This document shows positions 54,278 through 64,000 of a stretch of DNA of 64,000 bases, piece after piece (positions within the stretch are counted from its first letter, which is position 1; each line of letters starts with the position of its first letter). The DNA is from an uncultured Gemmatimonadales bacterium (GTDB lineage Bacteria; Gemmatimonadota; Gemmatimonadetes; Gemmatimonadales; GWC2-71-9). A program made the position numbers and the translations under genes. The stretch spans positions 512,001 through 576,000 of the forward strand of contig CAVVKJ010000010.1 of NCBI GenBank assembly GCA_963748815.1, read 5' to 3'. The notes beneath the pieces were generated by a model that saw only the letters and a list, made by a program, of their open reading frames with translations, was not told where the DNA came from and made no database searches.

Positions 54278-55624
54278 AGCGCCTCCACCGCCGCCCGGAA
54301 GTCCGCGCCGCGCTGTTCGTAGTTCCGGAACATGTCGTAGCTGGAGCACGCCGGCGAGAGAAGGACCGCGTCGCCTGGCTCCACCAGCCCCCGCGCGGTG
54401 GCGAGCACCTCCGCAAAGGCGCCCGCGCGGACCACGCGGATGGCCCCGCCGAGATCCGCCTCCACCATCGGCGCGGCTTCGCCATACGCCACGACCGCCC
54501 GGCACCCTCCGGCGAGGAGCGGCGCCAGCCGGGTGTACGGCTCGCCCTTGTGCCTCCCCCCGAGGAGGAGGACGTACCGCCGGTCGAGCGCGCTCAGCGC
54601 CACCTCCGTCGAGGCGATGTTCGTGGCCTTGCTGTCGTTGATCCAGAGCACGCCGTCGACCTCGCGAATCGGTTCCAGGCGGTGGGGAAGCGCACGGAAC
54701 GAGCGAAGCCCCTCGGCCACCGCCTCCAGGCGTACGCCGGCCATCCGGACCGCGAGCGCGGCCGCCAGGGCATTCGCCACGTTGTGGTCGCCCAGGAGGA
54801 GCAGTTCCCGGCGCGCCAGGATCGGCACATCGTCGAGCATCAGCTGGTCCGCGCCGCGGTCGTACCAGGCGTCGGCGTGTCCGCGGACAGAAAAGCGCTG
54901 GTGCGTGCCCGGGGCGCCCCCGGCCATGCGCTGGACTTCCGGGTCGTCGGCGTTGGTGATCCAGGTCGAGCCGGGCGTGGCATTGCGGAAGAGCAGCGCC
55001 TTGTCGGCGTAGTACTCCGCCAGCGTGGCGTAGCGGTCGAGGTGGTCGGGGGCGAGGTTGGTCAGCACGCCGGCCGTCGGCGCGAGGCTCGGCATGTCGT
55101 GCAACTGAAAGGACGAGAGCTCGACGGCCAGCCACTCCGGGGGCGCGGCCTCGAGCGCGACGGCCGACAGCGGCAGGCCGATGTTGCCGGCCGAGACCGC
55201 ACGGAGACCGCCGGCCAAGCAGCAGGTGCGCCGTCAACGCGGTCGTGGTCGTCTTGCCGTTCGTGCCCGTGATGGCGAGCACCCGTGCGTGAGGCAGGCA
55301 GCGAAGCCCGACCTCCGCCTCCGCAAGCACCGTCACCCCGGCCGCCCGCGCCGCCATTAGCGGCGCAGCGTCCGGCGGGACACCAGGCGAGACCACCGCG
55401 GCGGCCGCGCGGCCAATGCGCCCCAGGTCGTGACCGCCGACCTCGGCGTCGACCCCGAGACCACGCAGGACGGCCGCCTGGGCGTCGAGCCCCACGCCGC
55501 TCCCGCCGTCGGAGGCATACACCGCGATCCCGTGGTGGCGCAGCAGCCGGGCCGCGGCGCCACCGCTCTTGCCGAGCCCGATGACCGCCACCTCCAGCCC
55601 GGGGCCGCGCCACTCCGGGAACAT
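54274..55624 (-). CDS. murD: UDP-MurNAc-L-Ala--D-Glu ligase (frameshift near 55217)
   Basis: GLGKSG, VVSPGVP, ITGTNGKTTT; after the shift AGNIG, ELSSFQL, DHLDRY, NDSKATN, LSPACSSYDMF. Confidence 0.95.
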
Positions 55625-56751
55625 CAGCGCACCTTCAGCGTGGCCAGCGCCACCAGCGCGCAGAGGATGCCGAGGATCCAGAAACGGGTGACGACGGTGG
55701 TTTCGGCCCAGCCGTGCTTCTCGAAGTGATGATGGAGCGGCGCCATCCGGAACACCTTGTGGGCGTCGGCATATTCCCGCCCGCGCGTCCGCTTGAACCA
55801 CTTGTAGACCGACGTCTGCAGCATGACCGAGACCGCCTCGGCCACGAAGACGCCGCCGATGAGCACGAGCAGGAATTCGGCCTTGAGCAGGATGGCGACG
55901 GTACCAAACGCCCCGCCGATGGCGAGGCTGCCGGTGTCGCCCATGAAGACTTCCGCCGGATGGGAATTGAACCAGAGGAATCCGAGCGCGGCGCCCATCA
56001 GGGCCGCGCAGAAGACCGCCAGCTCCCCCGCCCCCGGCAGGTAGATGAGGTTGAGGTAGGAGGTGAAGTCCACCCGCCCGAAGAGATAGGCAAAGGCCGC
56101 GAACGCCGCCGCCGCGATGGCCGTGAGCCCCGTGGCCAGGCCGTCCAGCCCGTCCGTCAGGTTGACGGCGTTGCTCCAGGCCGTGATCACGAAGACGACG
56201 AAGGCGACGAACAGGAGCGGGGCGAAGTTGACGACCAGGTACTTGAAAAACGGGACCGTGGTGGCAGTCGCCGGGATGATGGTGGCGGGCACCACCGGGA
56301 AGAACAGCAGGTACAGCCCGAGCGCCAGGCCGAAGGTGCACTGCCCCGCCAGCTTCCACTTGGCCACCAGCCCGCGCGACTTCCCCTGCACAATCTTCAG
56401 GTAGTCATCGAGGAAGCCGATCGCCCCCATCCAGACCGTGGCGAGCATCGCCACCACCACCATCCGGTTGTCAATGCGCGCCCAGAGCAGCGTCGGCAGG
56501 ATGGTCGCGAGGATGATGACCAGGCCGCCCATCGTCGGGGTCCCGCGCTTTCCCTGGTGGCTCGCCGGCCCCTCGGCACGGATCACCTGCCCGATCTTGT
56601 GCGCACGGAGCCGGCGGATGACCGCGGGGCCCACGATGAAGGACAGGATCAGCGCCGTCACCCCGGCGCCGGTCGCGCGGAAGGCGATGTAGTTGAACAG
56701 GTTGAACAGGATGAACTGCTTGCCGAGCGGGGCCAGCCAGAAGTAGAACAT
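55624..56751 (-). CDS. mraY: Phospho-MurNAc-pentapeptide transferase
   Basis: GTPTMGG, GFLDDY, NAVNLTDGLDGL, FMGDTGS, MAPLHHHFE. Confidence 0.98.
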   Translation of the reverse strand: MFYFWLAPLGKQFILFNLFNYIAFRATGAGVTALILSFIVGPAVIRRLRAHKIGQVIRAEGPASHQGKRGTPTMGGLVIILATILPTLLWARIDNRMVVVAMLATVWMGAIGFLDDYLKIVQGKSRGLVAKWKLAGQCTFGLALGLYLLFFPVVPATIIPATATTVPFFKYLVVNFAPLLFVAFVVFVITAWSNAVNLTDGLDGLATGLTAIAAAAFAAFAYLFGRVDFTSYLNLIYLPGAGELAVFCAALMGAALGFLWFNSHPAEVFMGDTGSLAIGGAFGTVAILLKAEFLLVLIGGVFVAEAVSVMLQTSVYKWFKRTRGREYADAHKVFRMAPLHHHFEKHGWAETTVVTRFWILGILCALVALATLKVR

Positions 56752-56757
56752 CGCGCC

Positions 56758-58110
56758 TCAGGATCCGTGGGCTGCTCGCGGGGTGAGCAGGGGAATTATA
56801 CGCTCAAGGGCGACGCCGCGGGACGCCTTCAGGACCACCAGCTCCGACCCGTCAAGCTTCGGGGCCAGTTGCCGGCCGAGCGACATCACGTCGTCGGCCA
56901 GGAGAAGCCGTGAACCGAGCTCGGCGCGGAAGCCCTCCAGCGCCGGGACGAAGTCGCCCACGGCGGCGAGCAGGTCAGGCCCGAGGGCGACGAGGTCGCG
57001 CGCCACCGCCTCGTGCAGCGCCGCCGACGCCTCCCCAAGCTCGCGCATCGACCCCGCCACGAAGACGAGCCGGCGGGTCGATCGCATTGCCGCGGCCGTA
57101 GCGATGGCGGCGCGGAAAGAGAGGGGGTTGGCGTTGTAGCAATCGTTCAGGATCGTCAGCGAACCGACGTCGACCACCTGCCCCCGTCCCCCCGGCACCT
57201 CCAGCCGTTCGAGCGCGCGGGCGACGGCCCTCGGATCGAGACCGAGGTGAATTGCCACGCCCCAGGCCAGCATGGCGTTGGCCGCCAGGTGGCGGCCGGG
57301 AAGCGGGAGGGTGAAGCGGGCCTGGTCGGTCACGACGGTGGCGCGCCCCGCCCCGTCGAGCGTCACCGATTCCGGCCGGAGTTCCGCCCCCTCGAGACCG
57401 GCGGTGACGACGCGCCGCGCCAGCTTGCGCGCTCCGGCGGTCAGCGCCGGAGGCTCCGTCCCCACCACCGCCAGCGCCACCCCTTCCACCAGGGAGAGCT
57501 TTTCACGCAGTACCCCCTCGATCGACCCGAACCCCTCGAGATGACCGGACGACACGTTCGTCACCACCACGACCGTCGGTTCGATGATCTGCCGGTACCG
57601 GCCGATTTCGCCCGGCACGCTGGCGCCCGCCTCGATGACCAGCGCCTGGGTGTCGGCCGGCGCCTCCAGGATCGTGAGCGGCACGCCGATCAGGTTGTTG
57701 AGATTGGCGCGCGTGGCGTGGACCCGGTAGCGGGTGCCGAGCGCCAGGGCGAGCATTTCTTTGGTGCTCGTCTTCCCGTTGGTGCCGGTCACGGCCACCA
57801 CCGGCCCGGTGATCTGGCGGCGACGGGCGCGCGCCAGCCAGCCCAGCGCCTCGACCGTATCGCCGACCTCGAAGAGCTCGAGTCCCGGCACGGCGGGCGT
57901 GCCCCGGCGAACCACCGCGCCGAGCGCCCCCCGCGCGCACGCCTCGTCGAGGTGTGCGTGACCGTCGAACCGCTCGCCGGCGATCGCCACGAAGAGCGCG
58001 CCCGCCGCGAGCGAGCGACTGTCGGTGGAGACCCCGGTGAAGGTCACGCCGCCGGAGTCGGCCGGAGGAAGGCCGAGAGCCTCCCGCACGGCCGTGCCGG
58101 TCCAGTTCAT
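56758..58110 (-). CDS. murF: UDP-MurNAc-tripeptide--D-Ala-D-Ala ligase
   Basis: STDSR, GERFDGH, TGTNGKTSTK, NNLIGVP, NDCYNANP, LKASRG. Confidence 0.96.
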   Translation of the reverse strand: MNWTGTAVREALGLPPADSGGVTFTGVSTDSRSLAAGALFVAIAGERFDGHAHLDEACARGALGAVVRRGTPAVPGLELFEVGDTVEALGWLARARRRQITGPVVAVTGTNGKTSTKEMLALALGTRYRVHATRANLNNLIGVPLTILEAPADTQALVIEAGASVPGEIGRYRQIIEPTVVVVTNVSSGHLEGFGSIEGVLREKLSLVEGVALAVVGTEPPALTAGARKLARRVVTAGLEGAELRPESVTLDGAGRATVVTDQARFTLPLPGRHLAANAMLAWGVAIHLGLDPRAVARALERLEVPGGRGQVVDVGSLTILNDCYNANPLSFRAAIATAAAMRSTRRLVFVAGSMRELGEASAALHEAVARDLVALGPDLLAAVGDFVPALEGFRAELGSRLLLADDVMSLGRQLAPKLDGSELVVLKASRGVALERIIPLLTPRAAHGS

Positions 58111-59564
58111 GACCGGCCCGCCAGGGCGGAGCGCACGATGGTCCGTTCGTCGAACGGGTGCTTGGTCTTCCCGATGATCTGGTAGGTCTCGTGCCCCTTC
58201 CCGGCGAGCAACACCGTGTCTCCGGGACCGGCATCGGCCAGCACGCGATGGATGGCGACCTCGCGATCGTCGAACCTGAGGTGGTGCGCGCCCCCCATCC
58301 CGGCCTCCATGTCGTCCATGATGCGCGCCGGATCCTCCGTACGGGGATTGTCCGGCGTGATGGCGACGAGGTCCGCCCCCTCGACCGCAATCCGGGCCAT
58401 CTCGGGGCGCTTCGTCCGGTCCCGGTCGCCGCCGCAGCCGAAAATGAGGATCAGCCGACCGCGGGTGAGCGGGCGCAGCGTGGCGAGCACCCGGGTCATC
58501 GCGTCCGGCGTGTGGGCGTAGTCGCGCAGCACCACCATCGGCGCGTCGGCCAGCCGTTCCATCCGTCCGGGCACCTGGGGCGCCACACCCAGTCGACCCA
58601 CGACCTCGGCGAGTGGTTTGCCGAGCGCCAGCGCGGTGGCGGCCGCGGCCAGCGCGTTGGAGACGTTGAACGAGCCCATGAGCGGGATGCGGACGTCGGC
58701 CCGGCCGAACCGGCCAGTGAGGCGAAAGCTGCTGCCGCCGGCCTCCAGCTGGACTTCCTCGGCGCGCACATCCGCGCCGGCCGATTCTCCGAAGGTCACC
58801 CGCCGCGGAAACGCCGGCAACGCAGCCCACGCCGGATCGTCCGCATTGACGATTTCGAACCCGGCCGGCCCCAACAGCGCGCTGAGCCGCATCTTCGCGG
58901 CGAGGTACGCCTCCATGGTGCGGTGATAGTCGAGATGCTCGTGGGTCAGGTTGGTGAACACGCCGGCCGCGAAGTGGAGTCCGTCAAGCCGGCCCTGGTC
59001 GAGGCTGTGCGAGGAGGTTTCCATCACGATGTGCGTCACGCCGCGGTTCCGGAACTCGGCGAACGTCGCGTGCAGGTCGACCGGGCCGGGCGTGGTCAGG
59101 CTGCCCGCCGTCGAGGGGACCCGTTCTCCCGCCCCGTCGAAGGCGCCGAGCGTGCCGATGCTCCCCGCGGTTCCGTCGGCATTGAAGAGGTGGCGGACCA
59201 GGCCCGTGGTCGTGGTCTTGCCGTTCGTCCCGGTGATGCCGACGAGAGTCATGGCAGCGGCAGGGTTGCCGTACCAGGCGCGCGCCGCGACGCTGGCCGC
59301 CTTCCGGCCGTCTGCCACGAGAATCTCTGGGACACCCACCGACACGCTGCGCTCCACCATCACGGCCGAGGCGCCCCGCGCCACGGCCTCACCGGCAAAG
59401 TCGTGCCCGTCGACCGTGGTGCCCCGCACGGCGCAATAGAGCTGTCCGGGGCCCATGGTCCGCGTGTCGACACCGAGCCCGGTAAGGGCGACCCCCTCCG
59501 CCGGCGCGCTGACCAGCTGTCCCTCGCGCCGCAGCGCCGTCAGCAACTCGCTCCAGTCCACCAT
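58107..59564 (-). CDS. murE: UDP-MurNAc-dipeptide--diaminopimelate ligase
   Basis: TGTNGKTTT, METSSH, HLDYH, DYAHTPD, FGCGGDRD, DNPR, GKGHETYQ; alternative GTG start 59570. Confidence 0.96.
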   Translation of the reverse strand: MVDWSELLTALRREGQLVSAPAEGVALTGLGVDTRTMGPGQLYCAVRGTTVDGHDFAGEAVARGASAVMVERSVSVGVPEILVADGRKAASVAARAWYGNPAAAMTLVGITGTNGKTTTTGLVRHLFNADGTAGSIGTLGAFDGAGERVPSTAGSLTTPGPVDLHATFAEFRNRGVTHIVMETSSHSLDQGRLDGLHFAAGVFTNLTHEHLDYHRTMEAYLAAKMRLSALLGPAGFEIVNADDPAWAALPAFPRRVTFGESAGADVRAEEVQLEAGGSSFRLTGRFGRADVRIPLMGSFNVSNALAAAATALALGKPLAEVVGRLGVAPQVPGRMERLADAPMVVLRDYAHTPDAMTRVLATLRPLTRGRLILIFGCGGDRDRTKRPEMARIAVEGADLVAITPDNPRTEDPARIMDDMEAGMGGAHHLRFDDREVAIHRVLADAGPGDTVLLAGKGHETYQIIGKTKHPFDERTIVRSALAGRS

Positions 59565-59566
59565 GG

Positions 59567-61519
59567 TCACTCCACCTGAAGGCGTACAGTTGTGCCCGCC
59601 GCCACCGATGCGCCGGCCGCCGGATTCGACCCGCGCACGATGCCCGCGCTCGACGCCCCGACCTCCAATCCACGTCGGTGAAGCGCCGCGGCGGCGGCGC
59701 GGACCGAGAGTCCGACCACCGCGGGCACGACGATCGGCTCGCTGTCGGCGTTCGTCGGCGGCACGGGCCACGACACCACGACGCGCGGCGGCGTCGGGAG
59801 GCCGGGACGGCCGCGGCGAGGCGTGGGTGCCACCGGGGCCATGGGCTGCCCACCGAGCAGCCGTCCCCGGTCGAACGACACCCGCTTCGACGCGAGCGCC
59901 TGCTCGAGCATCGTCCGGACGACCGGAGCCGCCACGTCTCCGCCGTAGATGCCGCCCATGGTCGGGCTGTCGATCTTCACGACCACGATCAGCTGCGGGT
60001 CGTCCGCCGGAAACATCGACGCAAACGACGCCACGTACTCGTCCACGTACTTCCCGTCCCGGAGGCGGCGGGCGGTGCCCGTCTTCCCGAGCACGCCATA
60101 GCTCCCGACCTGTGCCCTGCTCCCGGTGCCTCCCGCCCCGGTGGCCCCGCGGAGGAACTCGCGGAGCTGCGCGGCGACCTCCGGCGAGACCGCCCGCCGG
60201 ACCGGCTCGGGCTGATGCCGGTAGAGCACCGTGCCATCGGGCGCCCGCACTTCGCGGATCAGCGTGGGAGTCAGGAGGATGCCGTCATTGGCGATGGCGG
60301 CGTAGGCGGCGGCCAGCTGGAGCGCAGTCACCTCGAAGTAATATCCCATGGCGACGCTCACCCGGTCATACTCCGGCTGCCATCGTTCCGGCCGGTGCAC
60401 CACCCCGCGGGATTCCGAGGGCAGCTCCACGCCGGTGGGCGCCCCGAAACCGAAGTCCCGGAGCTGCTGGTACTGCTCGACCGGCGTCAGGCGATCCGAC
60501 AGTTTCGCCATGGCCACGTTACTGGACACCTCGATCGCCTGCGCCAGGGTGAGCATGCCGGGCTTGGCGTGCTCGTCGTTGATTTCCCGGATCCGGCCGT
60601 TGGAAAGCGCCATCTTCCAGTGGCCGGCCTCGTTGTCCACGCGGTCGCTGCTGTCCACCCGCTCGAGGGTGAGGAGGGCAGCGGCGGTGAAGAGCTTGGC
60701 GGTGGACCCGGGCTCGAACGGCTCGGTGAACGCCATCAGGTCCGGCCGGCCGTTCTTCTGCGACGCGACCGCCAGGATTTCGCCGGTGCGCGGGTCAAGG
60801 AAGACGACGTCGCCACCCTGCGCGTCGAATTCGGCCACCGTTTCCGCGAGCGCCTGCTCGGCGATGTCCTGCAGCTCGGCGTCGATCGTGAGCACGACAT
60901 CGTTGCCCGGCACCGGGTCCTTCCGCAGGCGCCCCGGGGATTCGTAGCGCCGCCCGCGGCGGTCCTTCAACACCACTTCCTCGCCGGCGGTGCCGGTCAC
61001 GAGCGGGTCGAGCGCCCGCTCCAGACCGGAAGCCGATTCCCCGTCGGCGCCCATGCGCCCGATGACGCGGCCGGCCAGCCGCTGCGACGGGTAGAACCGC
61101 AGGAACACCCCCTCGATGTGCACGCCCTTGAACGCCCGGAGCGGCTCCACGTCGGTGGCGGTGAACGGCCCGTAAAAATAGAGGTAGGGTTTCCGGGCAA
61201 AGTCCCGCTTGAGCGCCGCGGCCGGCACCTCGAGCTGCCGCGCGGCGACGCGCAGGAGCGCCGTCCGCTCCTCGACCTCGTTCGGGGCGATGCCGACCCG
61301 GTAGAACTCCTGGGTGACCGCCATCGGTAGCCCGCCCCTGTCGTACAGCGTCCCGCGCCGTGCCTCGAGGGTCCGCAGTTCCGTCCGGCTCCTCGCGGCT
61401 TCTGCGGCGTACTCCCCGCCCCGGAGGAGTTGCACCTGGGCGGCGCGGCCCACGACGAGGAGCAGGCTCGCGGCGAGCACGACCTGGATGAGCCCGATCC
61501 GGGCCTGGACCCGCGCCAT
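59567..61519 (-). CDS. ftsI: Class B PBP FtsI with C-terminal PASTA domain
   Basis: ARRGTLYDR, EPGSTAK (SxxK), SSN, KTGT; VPAVVGLSVR...NPAAGA PASTA. Confidence 0.93.
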   Translation of the reverse strand: MARVQARIGLIQVVLAASLLLVVGRAAQVQLLRGGEYAAEAARSRTELRTLEARRGTLYDRGGLPMAVTQEFYRVGIAPNEVEERTALLRVAARQLEVPAAALKRDFARKPYLYFYGPFTATDVEPLRAFKGVHIEGVFLRFYPSQRLAGRVIGRMGADGESASGLERALDPLVTGTAGEEVVLKDRRGRRYESPGRLRKDPVPGNDVVLTIDAELQDIAEQALAETVAEFDAQGGDVVFLDPRTGEILAVASQKNGRPDLMAFTEPFEPGSTAKLFTAAALLTLERVDSSDRVDNEAGHWKMALSNGRIREINDEHAKPGMLTLAQAIEVSSNVAMAKLSDRLTPVEQYQQLRDFGFGAPTGVELPSESRGVVHRPERWQPEYDRVSVAMGYYFEVTALQLAAAYAAIANDGILLTPTLIREVRAPDGTVLYRHQPEPVRRAVSPEVAAQLREFLRGATGAGGTGSRAQVGSYGVLGKTGTARRLRDGKYVDEYVASFASMFPADDPQLIVVVKIDSPTMGGIYGGDVAAPVVRTMLEQALASKRVSFDRGRLLGGQPMAPVAPTPRRGRPGLPTPPRVVVSWPVPPTNADSEPIVVPAVVGLSVRAAAAALHRRGLEVGASSAGIVRGSNPAAGASVAAGTTVRLQVE

Positions 61520-61812
61520 CAGCGGCCTCCTGCGAATGGCGGGAGCGGGAGGGGGGCCTGTTCGGAATCCCGGGGGAAGTGGAGTCCGAGGTCGACGACG
61601 GCCTTCTTCCCGAGCACCGGGCGGCTGGACGCGTCACGGATTCTCCGTTCCAGGTCCGCCTGCCGCGCCTCCAGGTTCGCGCGCTCCTGCCGGAGCGCGG
61701 CGACTCGGCGCGCCATGCGGATGCTCGCCGTCTGCCGCACCTGGACGACCGTCGCGACAAAGAGAAACAGCGCGAGCCAGAGCATGACCCAGTGGCGACC
61801 CTTAAGCGTCAT
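61519..61812 (-). CDS. ftsL: Cell division protein FtsL-like
   Basis: TM helix, coiled coil, ..LGLHFP; between rsmH and ftsI. Confidence 0.7.
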   Translation of the reverse strand: MTLKGRHWVMLWLALFLFVATVVQVRQTASIRMARRVAALRQERANLEARQADLERRIRDASSRPVLGKKAVVDLGLHFPRDSEQAPLPLPPFAGGR

Positions 61813-62710
61813 CAGCGACCTGGAAACCGCGGAGCCTCGCGCTCCGCGCCCGGGGGTTGGCGGCAATTTCGTCGGACGAGGGAAGCACGGACTTCCGCGG
61901 CGCGACCTTTCCGAGCGCCCGTCCGCGACAGGTGCAGATCGGCTGGACGGGCGGACAGATGCATGCGGTGCCCCACTCACGGAACGCGTGCTTGACGAGC
62001 CGATCCTCGCCCGAATGATAACTGATCACCGCGAGGCGCCCGCCTGGGACGAGGCTCTCTCGCATGGCGGGCAGCGCGAGGGCGAGCCCCGGTAGTTCGT
62101 CGTTGACGGCAATCCGCACCGCCTGGAACAGCCGGGCGAAGTCGCCCGGGCCGGAACGGGGGCCCAGCACGCGCCGAATGGCGTTGACGAAGTCGTCGCT
62201 GGTGGCGAACGGCGCCTGTGCCCGGCGCTCGACGACCTCGGCGGCCAGCCGGCGCGCGCGCGGCTCGTCGCCGAATTCCTTGAAGATCCGCGCGAGTGCT
62301 TCGGCCGGGGCCTGGTTCAGCAGGTCGGCGGCGGACTCGCCGGCGCGGGACATTCGCATGTCGAGCGCGGCGCCGCGTCGAAAGGTGAATCCCAGCGCCT
62401 CGTCATCGAGTTGCCGAGACGACACGCCGAGATCCAGCAGGATGAAGTCGGGACGGAATTCGGCGATCGCCTGGAGCGCCTCGGGTGAGGCGTAGGGCGC
62501 CGTGAGGAAACGGACACCGACGTCACCGAGGCGAGCGCGGGCCCGCGCGATGGCGTCGGGATCCCGGTCGATGCCGAGCACGGTGGCGCCGGCGGCGCGC
62601 AACGCCGCGGTGTGCCCACCGTCCCCGAGGGTGCAGTCCACCGCGCGCCGGGCGCCGGCCGCCAGGTCCAGCACGGCGTCGAGCAGCACGGGGAGATGGA
62701 ATTCGGTCAC
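61802..62710 (-). CDS. rsmH: 16S rRNA m4C1402 methyltransferase RsmH
   Basis: HLPVLL, DCTLGDGGH, DLGVSSRQLD, LDMRM, FQAVRIAVN, SYHSGEDRLVK, NPRARSARLR. Confidence 0.97.
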   Translation of the reverse strand: MTEFHLPVLLDAVLDLAAGARRAVDCTLGDGGHTAALRAAGATVLGIDRDPDAIARARARLGDVGVRFLTAPYASPEALQAIAEFRPDFILLDLGVSSRQLDDEALGFTFRRGAALDMRMSRAGESAADLLNQAPAEALARIFKEFGDEPRARRLAAEVVERRAQAPFATSDDFVNAIRRVLGPRSGPGDFARLFQAVRIAVNDELPGLALALPAMRESLVPGGRLAVISYHSGEDRLVKHAFREWGTACICPPVQPICTCRGRALGKVAPRKSVLPSSDEIAANPRARSARLRGFQVADDA

Positions 62711-62734
62711 CGGAGGTCCTGGGCGGGAGCGTCC

Positions 62735-62770
62735 AAAGCGAACACCCCGTCCGCCAAGGCGAACGGGGTG
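62735..62770 (-). terminator. Intrinsic terminator after tRNA-Asp
   Basis: Minus strand CACCCCGTTCGC-CTTG-GCGGACGGGGTG followed by TTCGCTTT. Confidence 0.7.
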
Positions 62771-62786
62771 CCGGGTGTTCTGGGAG

Positions 62787-62861
62787 CGGGGCTGACGGGG
62801 CTCGAACCCGCGACCTCCGCAGTGACAGTGCGGCACTCTAACCAAGCTGAGCTACAGCCCC
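62787..62861 (-). tRNA. tRNA-Asp(GTC)
   Basis: GGGGCTGTAGCTCAGCTTGGTTAGAGTG-CCGCA-CT-GTC-AC-TGCGG-AGGTCGCGGGTTCGAGCCCCGTCAGCCCCG; CCA not encoded at the discriminator. Confidence 0.97.
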
Positions 62862-62908
62862 CGATACAGCGCACCATAATAACCGGAGGCGGCTCCGGGT
62901 GGAAGTCC

Positions 62909-64000
62909 TTACTTGCAGTACGCCTTGATCATGGACGCGACCCGCGGCTCATACTGGGCGACGTAGCCGAGATAGCGCGCGACATCCTCCGGCTTGGCCG
63001 ACCGGCCAAGGGTGAAGGCGGTCTTGGCCTCGATCAGGAGTCCCTCTTCCTTGCGGGCCAGCTCGCACGACTTGTTGAACTCCGCGTCCTTGTCCACGTC
63101 CGGAATCTGGAGGAACGTCGCCAGGCCAAGCACGTAGTTGGCCGTGGGCGCGACCGGCCCCGTCGGGTTGGCCGCCGCGACGGCGCTCCGCAGCACGTCG
63201 GCGGCCAGGGGCAGGTTCTTCCCCTCCGCCTGCAGCAGCGGCAGGGCGCCGTTGGTCAGGACCGCGGCCGCGGCTTCCTTGGCCTGCTCGTCGCCGTTCT
63301 TGATGACGAAGTCGGCAAAGATGAGCGACTCCGACATCCGCTTCTGTTCGGCGAGGGACTTGGCGGCGGCCAGCGCCGGCGCGACGGCGGTCGGGTCGAT
63401 CGCCATGAGCCGGCTGGTCACGGCCACCAGGCTGTCGGTCGGGCCGGCGAGGCTGTACGCCGTGACCAGCTGCCCGAGCAGCGTGGCATTGTCCGGATAC
63501 TTGTCGACGCCGAGCCGCGACCACTTGAGCAGCGCCGCAGTGTCCGGCTGGACGGCGGCGAAGACCGTCACCTTCAGGAAGTAGGTCGAGTCGGCGCGGT
63601 CCGGCGCCTCGGTGTAGACGTGCTCGAGGGCCTCGATGGCCTGGCCGTAGTCACCCGAGGTGGCGTAGGCGTTGCTGAGGAGGTCCCAGAGGTCGGCGTT
63701 GGAGGGGTCGAGCCGCAGGCCCTCCTTGGCCACCTGGACCGCCGCGTCGGGCCGGCCGTACTGCAGGAAGAGCTTGAACGCGGCTTCGCGGAGGGCCTGA
63801 TTGGTCGGCGCCGCGAGCAGCATGCGCTGGTAGGCATCGATGACCTGGGCGCTGTCGCCCTGCGCCTCGTATTCCTTGGCAAGTTCGGTCCAGGCGTGCA
63901 GGCTCTGCGGGTCGCCCTTGACCGATTCACGCAGGCTCGCGATCACCTCGGTGGACGGCGCCTTGCGGTCCAGCGCGAGCATGGCGAGGCAGTACTGGGC
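62909..64000 (-). CDS. Tetratricopeptide repeat protein (5' end outside the window)
   Basis: Tandem helical repeats, e.g. AWTELAKEYEAQGDSAQVIDAYQRML..P and ADLWDLLSNAYATSGDYGQAIEALE. Confidence 0.85.
   Translation of the reverse strand, partial: AQYCLAMLALDRKAPSTEVIASLRESVKGDPQSLHAWTELAKEYEAQGDSAQVIDAYQRMLLAAPTNQALREAAFKLFLQYGRPDAAVQVAKEGLRLDPSNADLWDLLSNAYATSGDYGQAIEALEHVYTEAPDRADSTYFLKVTVFAAVQPDTAALLKWSRLGVDKYPDNATLLGQLVTAYSLAGPTDSLVAVTSRLMAIDPTAVAPALAAAKSLAEQKRMSESLIFADFVIKNGDEQAKEAAAAVLTNGALPLLQAEGKNLPLAADVLRSAVAAANPTGPVAPTANYVLGLATFLQIPDVDKDAEFNKSCELARKEEGLLIEAKTAFTLGRSAKPEDVARYLGYVAQYEPRVASMIKAYCK

Noticed and set aside
53132..56359. 1075-aa ORF resembling a MurD-FtsW fusion
   Set aside because: Chance frame continuity in high-GC DNA plus the murD indel near 55217

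Overview
Very GC-rich bacterial chromosomal segment. Gene content and order suggest Gemmatimonadota, but that is an inference from familiarity, not a database result. It holds about 62 CDS and one tRNA-Asp, all on the minus strand except mazG, and many are joined by ATGA/GTGA/TGATG overlaps. Right to left: TPR protein, tRNA-Asp, a dcw cluster lacking mraZ/murB/ddl (rsmH-ftsL-ftsI-murE-murF-mraY-murD-ftsW-murG-murC-ftsQ-ftsA-ftsZ), M23 peptidase, vWA protein, ftsY, recG, asnS, mazG (+), alr-DUF1844-deoB-cdd-lipoprotein-OM barrel-miaB-comFB-comEC-fbp-methylmalonyl-CoA mutase, FmdB-argS-pfkB-purM-ribD-ribE-ribBA-ribH-nusB-GT4, hpf-hprK-mannose-class PTS-HPr-EI, metK, DUF151 nuclease, membrane protein, a cobalamin riboswitch controlling btuF/C/D/B plus a beta-propeller lipoprotein, recO-selB, a stand-alone T9SS-CTD-like protein and the 5' end of clpB. 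Many genes, including essential ones, carry single-base indels (densest at 23.3-29.4 kb), most likely sequencing/assembly errors. I found no mobile element, CRISPR array or defence island. The best leads are a possible DNA-uptake/nucleoside-salvage module around comFB-comEC, a BtuG-like B12 capture lipoprotein, the stand-alone CTD protein, a long purine/pyrimidine hairpin between mazG and asnS, and a palindromic bidirectional promoter between alr and mazG.
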